Source of the DNA: Veleropilina oligotropha
Lineage: Eukaryota
Direction: 5' to 3'
Length of the DNA: 64,000 nucleotides
Assembly (NCBI GenBank): GCA_048128005.1
Contig: JBEUKZ010000125.1
Coordinates: forward strand, 248,001 to 312,000
In this document: in pieces, positions 33,901 through 44,921 of the stretch
Layout of the letters: each line of letters opens with the position of its first letter
How positions within the stretch are numbered: the first letter of the stretch is position 1
Position numbers and translations under genes: made by a program
The notes under the pieces: generated by a model
Told to the model about the DNA's origin: nothing
Database searches by the model: none
The model's input: the letters and a program-made list of their open reading frames with translations, nothing else

Positions 33901-36900
33901 ATTATTGAATAATTATTTCTAGCGATATTTAATTAGTCCAGTATATTATGATATGATATAAAAAAAGCTTATAAGACGTTGTCTTCATATATAAATTAAA
34001 ATAATAATTAAATCATCGTAGTTCTCAACGGAACCAAATCAGGGGAGATAATTTTTGTCTTGTTAATTTTGTTACAAAAGAAACGTTGTGTTGTTGTTGT
34101 CTTATAATTATGTTATTTATCGGCGAACTAAGTGATGTTCACATGAATACATGTAACGGCACCTTTTACATTGATTCGTAAGCCTAATCTTTGATTTTGC
34201 GTTCAGATTGTCATTGGACTTTGACAATAGATTTTAATCCGATTATCGATCGATGTCTGCCATCCCATAATATCCCTGATTGACATCGTTCATTTCCGTA
34301 ACATTTCTACACTGAAACGATGTTTATCGAACTGTCAGTTCCGACTTTTTCCGGAAGTAAAAATTATTTTGAAACCCATGAGGTTGAAAAAATGGTTAAA
34401 CTTCGAATGTTACTGTTGAATAAACATCTTTACGATGGCGTAGCAAGACATACCGGCAAATACGCAAGTATTTTGATCAATTTAACTATGTTAATATCAA
34501 TTATGTATTGTGCAGTCGAAAATTTGCAATTAAGCGTTATGCAATTAAGTGGAATCCACTGTACCGCAATACTAGTAATCACTTTGCATCGGGCGACTAA
34601 TCTGGCTATTGTTTATTCCAAGTGCCAAATTGGACTACTTACATGTTTGTTTGTATAACGATCGACATCATTTTGAAACCTGCATGTTGATATTTTTGCA
34701 ACCGTTTGAAGTCTGAAAGTCGGGGGTCGTCTTATACAAGCGACATACAAATTATTCTGGTTCTAAGACGGAAAGTTGGGGGGTCGTCTTATAGGCGAGA
34801 TCGACTTATAGGCGAGTATATACGGTAATTGATCACTTTTACCTTTTATTCTCAGGTATTTTGGGAATATTCACTATACATGTCAATTCAGAAAATATTT
34901 GATCAACAAATGCTTTACATATGTATGTTATATTTTTTTGATGCATGTTGATGTATTCTTTGTGTTTGTAATATATATTGGTGTATAATAATAAAGAATA
35001 TCTTATGTCAATATGATGTCTTCATGTCTGATTTTGAAAAAAATATCCTGCAGGTGTATGAAGAAACTCAACACAGCAATGTGAAATAGGCCTTGCTACA
35101 AACGTACATTATATCAAATATAAAATGTATACCATTAACAGCTATATTTAACCATTAGGCCTATATGATTTATTATTGTTAATAATTAAATAAAACCAAG
35201 TACAAGAATAGTCCACCGATAGATCATACCATTCATAATCTCCATTTCAATTCTCGATATCATCCTCAAAAGTGTCAGATTCAGAAATGTCAAAGCCGCA
35301 AATATCAATTGTCACTTCAGAGTTCAAAATCCGCCTTTTAGGCCACAAGTTAATCATATTCAATTACAAATAATTCAAACTAAATGTAAAAACACATGTC
35401 GTTTATCAAAAGCAAAAAATCCGATGAAAAATGGCCACTTTCAAGCCTTCAAACCTTATTTCAAACATCGATTAACTATACCTAACCTGCCGCCATTGTG
35501 GATTTAAAAGCACCAGGATGTAGCCCGATCATTCACGAACGAAATGACCCGAAAATATCCGAAGATTTCCGAAGTTTTAAGCATTGAGATATAGGTGTTG
35601 TAGAAAGTCGGGTTTTGTCGATTAAGGGTTAAACGATACCTTTGTTCAGAACGATGAAACATAACCCTAGCCGCTGCAACTTCCATGCTTGGGGCGGACC
35701 CATCATAGTTTTTCTGACACACTGCTTTGTGGTTCTTGACCCAACTTGTGTCATTCGCATTACATGCTTTTTGTGGTTGATTGTTACACCCATGGCATAT
35801 GTTGCTCAGCACATGAGTGTCTACGACTAATCCTGTATTAAGTTCAATAATTACGCCCACCCCGTAATGACTGGAATGTCCCCTCTTGTGCCAAGTGCCA
35901 TCGTAGATTACAACGACTGGGATGTTGCTATCTGCTGTGTATGCAGGATTGTTGGACATGTAATAATGTCTGATTGCTTTAGCAGCATCAGTGAAACATT
36001 CTTGCTGGGCGTCCATAGTGCTGGAGTGTACCCGTTTAGCCATATGCTGATATGTTTTCAGATGAAGTGGTTGGGGGATATCTAGGCCAGCAAAAAATTT
36101 GGCTAGTTTGGTATAGCCAATACCACAATTACGACTTGTGGCAACAAGTCGTAGGTTGGAAGCAGCTGTTTTCTTTATGCCGATTTCTTCGCTTGTACTG
36201 GTTTGTGATATCAATTTATTACAATTACCACAGACAACAGACAAGTGAGAATTTAGTCCTAGTCGTCTATTTTCTAGGAGGGAGACACAGGGCTTCTGAC
36301 AATTTGGGCAAAGAACTTTATTAAAAAGAGATAAAGCTTGTCCATATTGATGAGACGACAACCTGCCAGAATATTCCTGTTATCATCCTGTGTTGGAGCG
36401 TCGATATTTTCTAAATCTTGATTCATCAATCGTATCTTACGACTGGATGATGTAACACAATCAACGTTTTCCTGAAAGAAAAAATACACAAAAATAAAAA
36501 TGTATTCTGTCTTTTTTTCAGGTGTCTTTGTTATTTATGAACCCATAGTGCATGTTGGTAATAATTTATTGTGTAATCTATGTAAAGGCAAAATGTTGAA
36601 AGAGATTAAACAATTGATGGTCATGAACATAAATTATTATTTTCCTGAAAACAAGTACAGTAAAAAAATTGTATTTCATTACATTACAAAATTGGGCTAA
36701 ATACTAGTATTTATATACAAAAACTTACATCAGTTCCTGTGTTTGTTTCCGTATTAACTTCAGTTGATTTGACATCGCAATTAATTTTCTTTATTCTACC
36801 TCCGCTATAACCTCCTGCTTTTAAGTATCTTTTCTTTAAACCGAACGTACTAGTTGTTTTTTGCTTTTTTCGCGTCATTTTACTTTATTTGTCCTTGAAA

Positions 36901-39900
36901 TTGTCGTCTGCTTTGATAGTAATCATAGTATTCCGGAAAAAAACGAGATTATTGAAGTGACGAATGCGCATGCGCAAAGTCATTCGAGACATCTTCGGTT
37001 TAATTTTGCATATGACCTGACCTCTGACGACATGAATATCATTAGCGTGCCATATACGGTGATTGTCGGAGAATTGCATGTCTCGTTTAACGGCTCGCAA
37101 CGGAAAAACTTTTCGTTTAAGAAATGGAAAATAACGAGTAATAAAAAGCTCGGATGCTAACGTTTCAAACGAGATCAAACATGGCGACTTTGGCGAAGCA
37201 TGTGCGTTGTAAACATGCGATGAAGTTGAACCATTTTATGATGTTTTAGGCGATTAATGGACGTTTTTATTTGAAATGTGGATACAACACTAATAAAAAC
37301 GGAGGTATAATAGTACAAATTGATATATTTCAGTAAAATGAAACTGTACTACAGGTAGATAACATGTTAAAGGATCGTAATTTGACAAAATCTCAAAACA
37401 GATAAATTGGGTATTTTTTATTAATTTTCACTGCCGTGTGATGATACCTTAATTGCAAATGCGTGAATTTACTAGAAAAAAAACGGTTGTCGAAGATGTA
37501 GAACACTCTTCACCAGAAGTCAGTTCTGTCTGTTGGTTTATCAATATGATGGTACGTTTGAAAAATTCAAGTTATCAGGTGTGACCACAGATGTAATTTA
37601 AAGTGTTAGTTGAATGAGTTCTAGTCTCTAGTTATTCTAATACACCAATATGTAACTTACATATTGCATATGTGCATCTTTAAATATGTTATACAATTTA
37701 ATAGTTATAACGATTTTTGTTATCCGCCTCATAAAAACGATGTGCGAACGCCCAGCTGTGTCGATCTCTGATGTGACGTCACGAAAGGATTGTAACAAAT
37801 TTTCTGCTTTAGCGCTGACCTATTTCAGTGCTTGTTTACATGTTGTCAGCGTCATTTGTTACCCATTTCTTTTGTGGTAATACTGTACGAATTTCAGTAT
37901 ACCCAAACTAAATATATTGAATTTAATTCTGATAATGCTTTACGGATGACAAAAATATTTTTTATTTAGGAACGTCTGCATTTGATTCAATCACTCAGTG
38001 CGGTACTCGATCGTTTTTCTTCGCGATATGTGAAATCGTCATCCCTCAACGCAAAGAGCTGCAATAATGGAAGTACAGTGAATTTAAAGTCAGACCAGCG
38101 CTGTTAACTTCGTATAACAGTTATTTAACTGCAATATACAAATTGGAAAATTCTGTCAGTTTATGGATTGCAGACGGCCAATCCGCCGCTGATGTAGCGA
38201 TGTTTCGGAGTCGCGTAAATTTGTTGACGAAGGCATGCGCTGTATTTGCTCAATTATTTCATTAAAACGTAATTGATTATAGTCTGAATAAATATATAAT
38301 ACCGGTACAGTACTTACTAAAAATAAGTTTATAGGCCTAGTTATAAATAAAGTTAGAGGCCGAAATAGTATTGAAAGCAATGGGTTACTTATTTCTAATA
38401 TCTTGCCTGTATGGTGATCTGCAAAGTTGTCAACCTATGATATGCAGTAGATTACGGCTTGCATTTTTAATCCAATATTTGTTATAATCCGGTATATTTA
38501 ATAAATCAATGAGCATTTTGCTATTTTGAATCAAATTTGTACAAATCTACCAACGTATGACCTCGAAATGTGAACGGAAGGAGCACGCGCGGCTACCATG
38601 TCTGGTCCATTTTAACGTCATGGGGGTGTCAGCTATTATAACTACTATGCATGTAGACTAAATCTAATCAGCTGTATTAAAATATAGTATTTGATATGTT
38701 AAGAAAGGTACCATTATATTATTTTTGATGTACTTAATACATGTTACTACATTACTGTACCGTATATATAGTTACGTAATTAAATTAGATCCTGCCCAAA
38801 CCCCCGTGACGTATGCCGGACCATTCAAATGTAAACAATTGTCAACATTACTTGAACGAAAAACACTTGTCAGTAAAGTTTGATATAATTCAGTGACGCA
38901 AATCAAAATAAATCATATTTAAATATTCAATGAATGGATTTGAACTGCCGATCTGCATAAGAGCACAAATTAAATGCTTGCTACCGCTCCCGTTCGATGG
39001 AACTGCTCATAGCATGCAGGCTGGTCGTATATGTCCTCCACGACGATACGGTAAGATTGATATCGCGAGTGCTTACAACGTCGGTGCTAATATTATAATT
39101 CATTATTGTATACGAGTAACGGCACCCAGCCTATCGCCGACCTTATAAGCATCCCGGAATTGACATGTGACATTCAGTTTTATGCCATCGGAACAAAAAT
39201 GTGCTGTGTAGAATATAACAACAATTCTCCGATAAATCGCTATCCCGAACGCATGTTGCCACAAGCCTTCAACGATTTTGGAAAAAAATAATGTTATTTA
39301 ATTATGTAGCCTACAATACTTCGTAATAATACTTCCCTCTTTCGTTTCTACAAAATATTAGTGTTGGTCCGGTTTTATTCCAGAGAAAAAACTGGTATCT
39401 GACGAACTGCCAATATCACGTTCCTTGTTGACAGCAACCATTCCAGCTTGAGGAATACTCATCACACGTCATGCGCGGAAAAACGAATAATAGCCGTTTA
39501 CGCGTTGTTTTTAACGGAAGTCATCGTCTAGGTTATAAACATGCAAAATAAACATGTTTTCGATAATTGTTCAAATATTATAACCGTATATTGTTTTCAT
39601 AGCATAAATCGTGTATTGTATTAACTTGTCCAAGTAACATATTTAAATGTCATTCAACTAACACTTTAAGGCATTCAGTGGAACCCTTGCGCTGAATCCA
39701 GAAAATTTTAAGCAAAATTGGAAATTTATATGATTATCCCTTATCGAGACCTTATCGGAAATGTTTGCAACCTTTACCATCACAATGCAATTCACCAGAT
39801 CCAGAACATTTAGAGGCTAGTTGACATTTTCTCAGTGATTTAATATATAATCTTGTAGAAATTATTTCTAGGAACGTTCTGTAACGTTCCCTCAATCTGA

Positions 39901-42900
39901 AAACAAGCACAATCTGTGAAAACGAAAGGATCACAACCTCCATTTTTGTTTAATGATGAACATTTTCCTCTGATTTTTAATGTTTTATATTTTTGCCTTT
40001 TTAGATTCGAAATTTCCAAACAAGTGCTACTCAGCGGGATATTGACCAGGCCGCCAAATACATTGGTGCCGGAGCTGCCACCGTCGGCGTAGCTGGATCA
40101 GGTATGCATATTCAAAATGTTAAGTCAATTTGATCATTTATCAATGTCAGCAAAGTACCATGATCCACAAAGCTGCCAGTGACGAGAGTTTGATTCTTTG
40201 TGGTGGAAATTTTTCTCATGTAAGCAGGGCTTTCATTAAGATTTCAAGTAGCAGGTAAATGTCCGGGAGTAGCAGGCAATAGTCCTACTCACTCGGCAGG
40301 GGGTTTGGGGTCCCCCCCCCAAAAAAAATTTTGAAATATAGATGGCCTTAGAAGCCATCTCCTGCAATCTGAGCGTAAAGTACGGCATTAAATTTTTCAG
40401 CAAATTGCCTCGTCAAACCATTATTTTTTGCACCCAAATACAGTATTTGATCGAATAATGCGAATAAAATAAACACATTTTAATTTCGATGGTCATAGGT
40501 TTTGTCTGAAAACTGGCCATAAAACGTATTTTACGATCACAATACTACCCAAGTCCTTGGTTAAAAGTATTTTATGTTTAAATAATGCCGAAAGCGTGTG
40601 TACCGAAGAAAACTTACCCCCTCGTCTCTTAAAAAATGTGTAGAGTACAGGCCTGCACAAATTGAATTTTTGCGTAACCCATTTTATTTGGGTAACCCTT
40701 TTTATTCGAAACTTTCAATTCATTAATAATACTTTATACATCTATACTATAATCATGGAGAGTTTGTGTTCCCTATAGGCTCCCAAACGGCTGGACCGAT
40801 CTCCGCCAAATTTTGCAGGGAATCCAGGGGTACCATGGGGCTGGTAATAGCGCTGTCAGAAAAAATCTTGGGACTTTTTTAATGGACTTTTTTGATGGTT
40901 TTTTGTGGGATGGTTATTTTTTGGGGATGGTTATTTTGGGGGGATGGTTATTGTTGCCCGGCGAAGACGGGTACCATAGCTAGTATAATATAATATTGGT
41001 AATATTGTTGGTAATAAATTGTATAATTGATGTAGTTTTTTTATTAATAATTTATTTTTTAAAATGGGTTAAAGAAACTTCAATTAAAATTTTAAATTCA
41101 AATTTCATTTATTAATTTTTATCTCAATTTTATAATTGATCCAAGTGTCACCACTGATTGCGAGTTTTCACTTGTACAGTATTGACGTAACAATAACATG
41201 GAAAATGTTGCAGTATATTATATTATGTACATTTAAATATAGACCAAATTCTATATCGCCATAGAGTACTTTATAACAGTTTATTATACTTTTCGCTACT
41301 TAAGCTATGTGTGAACGTATTTCAAGGAAAGTGCAATATGACAACATTTTCGTGTTTTTTTTTTTCAAAAGTAACCGGCTAGACTATGTCGAGTAGACGG
41401 TGAAATTAACCGGCTGCCGGCTGCTAATGAAAGCCCTGTAATGGGATGGATAAAGTTTGAATAATGAGAATTATATAATTTACTTGAAATATTTACGCTT
41501 AGTCTCTGGGTGCATATCTATCTCTGTAGCCTCTGGTGGCAGGAAATCTTGCTTAATTAATGAATTCTCATTGAGTTACTGAGTACACAGCGGTAAAAAA
41601 TATATATGTGGTCAATAATACGGGTGGGGGACAATCGCCACTTAGTGGCAATCACTTGTTTTGTCTTGGAACTTTTCCTGATTTCACTAAAATTAGTTAA
41701 ATATGCCATTACGATGGAAAACTTGAATATAAATTAAATAATTTACAGTGAATATCGTAATTGGCACCCTAATTAGCCGACAAAACACTCATGTAATGCT
41801 CTGGTCAAACGTCGATAAAATCAGATTTCGACCGTCGCATATTTTCAAAGGCCTACTTCGAAATATCCGTGGTTCCAATAGCTGTATTGCCCATTTCCTT
41901 TTCCATTTATTCCAGCTGCACAAACTATTGTGCTTTTGTTTGCTCATATTTCCGATAGAAAATCTTACATCGACATTGATTTGAGCATTGCATGGCAATG
42001 GCCAATGAAACGACGGTATTATCATAACGTGATCCATTTGACCACTCAAATAACCGCTTTGGTGTCATATTAAACTTGGATCACTTGCATAGCGATGTTT
42101 TGCGGCTTTTCGTTGGTTTATCAGACATTCTTGCAACCTATGAACAATCTATTTTTGGAGAGGGAATCCCACAGTTTTAATATGAAGCCAAATATGGCGG
42201 ACATTGTGGTTCAAATTTCGTCGTATCAGGATTGCAAACAGAGATTTTATTCGAATGTTACGATAAAAGTAAAAATAAACAACACACGCATCACAAAAAA
42301 GGTATTTTATTGCATATAACTATTTAATATCGACATAAAACATATTATATCATATAAATATCATAACAAATTATCGATAAATGGCAAAATTGAAAAAATT
42401 ATCTAGAAATATTTTTTGACCATTTTCACTGCCGCGCATGGCCTTAAGTGTGGCCTTTAATATTAAATATATAAACATACATATCTAATGCACAATATTC
42501 AAAAGTCTTTTGTCATTGACCTGTAATTTCACGATTATTACATTTTGATGTCGGTAATAATTAGTATCGTAGTCAAAGAAGCTGTATGAGTATTGTGCTA
42601 GGCCAAAACCCAGTAACGAACGTCAGCTATTTTGCACAATTACGATATCAATCACAGTAGTCATAACTCATTACGTCATAGAAGCATAGCCGTTATATTT
42701 GGCATTCCTTTCCTGGTGATCTTTCTCAAGTGTAAAGGATTTATTGGGCAATCTATTTCTGACAACCACGATCCAGTGGTATCCAGTTATTCATAGCATG
42801 TTTGAAATTAATATTTTCATAAAGTAGCAGTGAGAGCTACATGTATTGTAAGGTACTTGTTGTACAGGACTGAATTTTGACGCGAATCCATTCGCGTGCA

Positions 42901-43948
42901 GATTCGCCTAGAGATGTATGCATGAGAATCCATGTGGATTCGCGTGAAGTAAAAATATTTATTTAACAAAATCACATTGTGTGCCTATTTCATATGGAAA
43001 TAAACAAGAACATGAATAGTTTAGCAATGAAATCAATTCTAGAGTAGTACCTATCTGTTTATTTATCAATAATCCTCTCCTGTGGCATCTGCGTGTTTGT
43101 AAAGTGAAACCATTTCTGCAGTAGATGGGAAATCCTATCAGCTGTCAGTCATTTTCATTTCTGCCCCCTGGTGGGAGTTTGAAATTATCTCCCTTTTGTA
43201 TTGTGTCGATTCATCTAAGGAACATGAAACAGTAACTTACCACAAGCCGAAAATGGCAAATTAGTTGGTCATAACAAATTTTTGATTAATTGTTTATAAA
43301 AAAAATGCTAGCTAAGTGCCAAAAGACGTTATTTATTAAGCACATCTGGTTTTCGAATTCACAGTATAAAGTGGTCATTTATAACAGAGCTGCCGTAATG
43401 CTATCTCTGCACAAATAAACCGAACACGCGTCTCCATCCATTCGTGTTTACAAAGCATGGTACATTTGTCATGAAAAATGACACATGTGAAGTGTACATT
43501 AAAGAAAAATATATTCATGTGGAAAGTGAAATGAGCAGTCTACATTTTCATAATTAACCCTATTTAGCTATTTTACTGTTTTGAATATTTCAGCTAGGGA
43601 ATCCAGATTCTCGTGAGTGCCATTGGTGGGAATCTCGCAAAACTTTACAGAATTCACGCCCTGTTGTAAGCCACATGTGTTAGGCAAAACTCGTTTGTAA
43701 GCTGTTAGCATTATTGATATTTGATATGCTTGAAATTGAAAATACATCTGATCATCCTTTATTTATTGTTTCTTGCTGTTTCAGGAGCTGGTATTGGGAG
43801 CGTGTTTGGCAACCTGGTTATTGGATATGCGCGGAACCCCTCATTGAAGCCCCAGCTTTTCTCGTACGCCATTCTGGGCTTCGCCCTGTCCGAGGCCATG
43901 GGTCTTTTCTGCTTAATGATGGCATTCTTAATTCTTTTTGCGTTTTAA
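27945..43948 (+). CDS. ATP5MC: Mitochondrial ATP synthase F0 subunit c precursor, 157 aa; join(27945..27989,28725..28787,30457..30561,40005..40101,43785..43948)
   Basis: The last two exons give [86 protein letters not shown]. Presequence exons ([27 protein letters not shown].., SASQSS..LQNQ) are in phase with GT-AG boundaries; the middle presequence exons are less certain. Confidence 0.92.
29039..29776. mobile_element. PIF/Harbinger-like MITE
   Basis: Imperfect TIRs (GTGTACATGACA and TTTTACACGACA) and repeated TAAACCG(A/G)TT motifs near both ends. Confidence 0.5.
31248..32236. mobile_element. Non-autonomous hAT-like element with 6-bp TSD CAGTTC
   Basis: TIR CAGCCCTCG(C/G)AATTA and subterminal AGGTCGGCA repeats. 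Confidence 0.8.
32348..32506. repeat. Perfect 69-bp inverted repeat with 21-nt spacer
   Basis: 32348-32416 is the reverse complement of 32438-32506. Confidence 0.93.
33479..35628. mobile_element. piggyBac-type non-autonomous element, copy 2, inserted in the Kolobok transposase
   Basis: TTAA TSD and CCC..GGG ends; colinear with 20037-21037. Confidence 0.9.
33657..34825. mobile_element. Tc2/pogo-like MITE nested in piggyBac copy 2
   Basis: TIR CCGTATATACTCGC(G/C)TATAAG with TA TSD. The empty site (TGCATAATTGATC) is visible in copy 1. Confidence 0.9.
37602..39665. mobile_element. Second Kolobok-type non-autonomous element
   Basis: Perfect 16-bp TIR AGTGTTAGTTGAATGA with TTAA TSD. Confidence 0.8.
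40225..41438. mobile_element. Non-autonomous hAT-like element
   Basis: Perfect 14-bp TIR CAGGGCTTTCATTA; TSD unclear. Confidence 0.7.
40741..40983 (+). mobile_element. Non-autonomous Helitron, 243 bp
   Basis: A|TCTATACTAT start, CTAG|T end and a subterminal hairpin CCCG..GAAG..CGGG. Confidence 0.8.
42865..43663. mobile_element. Non-autonomous hAT-like element with 5-bp TSD TTGTA
   Basis: Imperfect TIR CAGG..TGAATT(T/C)TG; TTGTA on both flanks. Confidence 0.6.
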
Positions 43949-44197
43949 CGATATAGTGCTATGTAATGTATATGCGTGTTTGTTATAAATATTTGGTTGA
44001 CCATATTTGTGCTTGTGACAAGAGGTAGGCAGGGCCCAGAACTTTGTATTTCATGTTCTTACGAAGTTGGACACTCCAACTAAATGGGCAATTGTTAGTA
44101 TGAAAGTTGGTAATGTAAAATAATTATTAATTAAAAGAAACATAAAATTTCCGAATTACATTGTACAGATCATATTCACTTCTAGACATAGTGTTGA

Positions 44198-44207
44198 ATA
44201 AATAAAC
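44198..44207 (+). terminator. Probable ATP5MC polyadenylation signal
   Basis: Overlapping AATAAATAAA about 250 nt after the stop, followed by a T/GT-rich tract. Confidence 0.55.
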
Positions 44208-44921
44208 ATTTGTCTACTAGATGTAGCATTGTGATTTTCTTTTCCTTTTGTGTGGAATTGGCAACGTTTAGTGAGATCAGTATTTGAAATGGTAACGTGG
44301 CCGGATGTTGCAAACAAAGGTGTCAGATGAGATATTCTGTCTGCAGTAAAACTGAAAACTTTTTAAAATGTGATCTGACATAAAAGTATCTTCTTCATGT
44401 CTGACATATGAAACCATTTGTGTGAAGTTACTATTTGGTATTTGTAGATTTATGATGCTGAAATCGCAAGACCATTCAAAATATATTATGTAAATGTATT
44501 AAATATGTAAAGGAAATGGTGGGTGTTTAGCACTTTCACGTGTTCGCACACAGGTATGTTTTCCTGGTTAACCCTTTGAGCCGGTTTCAGTTGAGAATCC
44601 TGTCAATTAATTAAAGAACATTTACATTCATTAGATGCTGAAATTGGTATGGCTAACATTCTGATAATTTGTCGTTGCCAACCAGGTATCCACTTCGATC
44701 AGCTCTGTTAAACCAAGTCACAATGACATAATTATATGCATACATCAATTTCCTTGCACAAGCTATAGACACTCACTGATAGTTCGTTCTACCACTTAAA
44801 ATAATAGAAAGCACATGCTCTATATGTCGCATTGATTAAATAGAGACCTTGAACCTGGGGTCCAGAATATGGTACAATTGATAATTGTTTAATAGTGGAT
44901 GAAATTAACACTCCTGATTCA

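Larger units (their letters stand above)
32622..36878 (-). pseudogene. Kolobok-type DDE transposase pseudogene with one spliceosomal intron (36472-36728)
   Basis: Exon 1 (36729-36878, MTRKKQK..) splices in phase to ENVDCV... Motifs are [37 protein letters not shown] (continuous once the piggyBac insert is removed) and TQNANECFN. It carries several frameshifts. Confidence 0.85.
30584..37448 (-). mobile_element. Kolobok-type DNA transposon, disrupted, in an ATP5MC intron
   Basis: TTAA TSD (30580-30583 and 37449-37452), GG..CC termini with an imperfect TIR GGTATCA..CAC..CA(C/G)TGAAAA, and an internal transposase gene. Confidence 0.82.
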
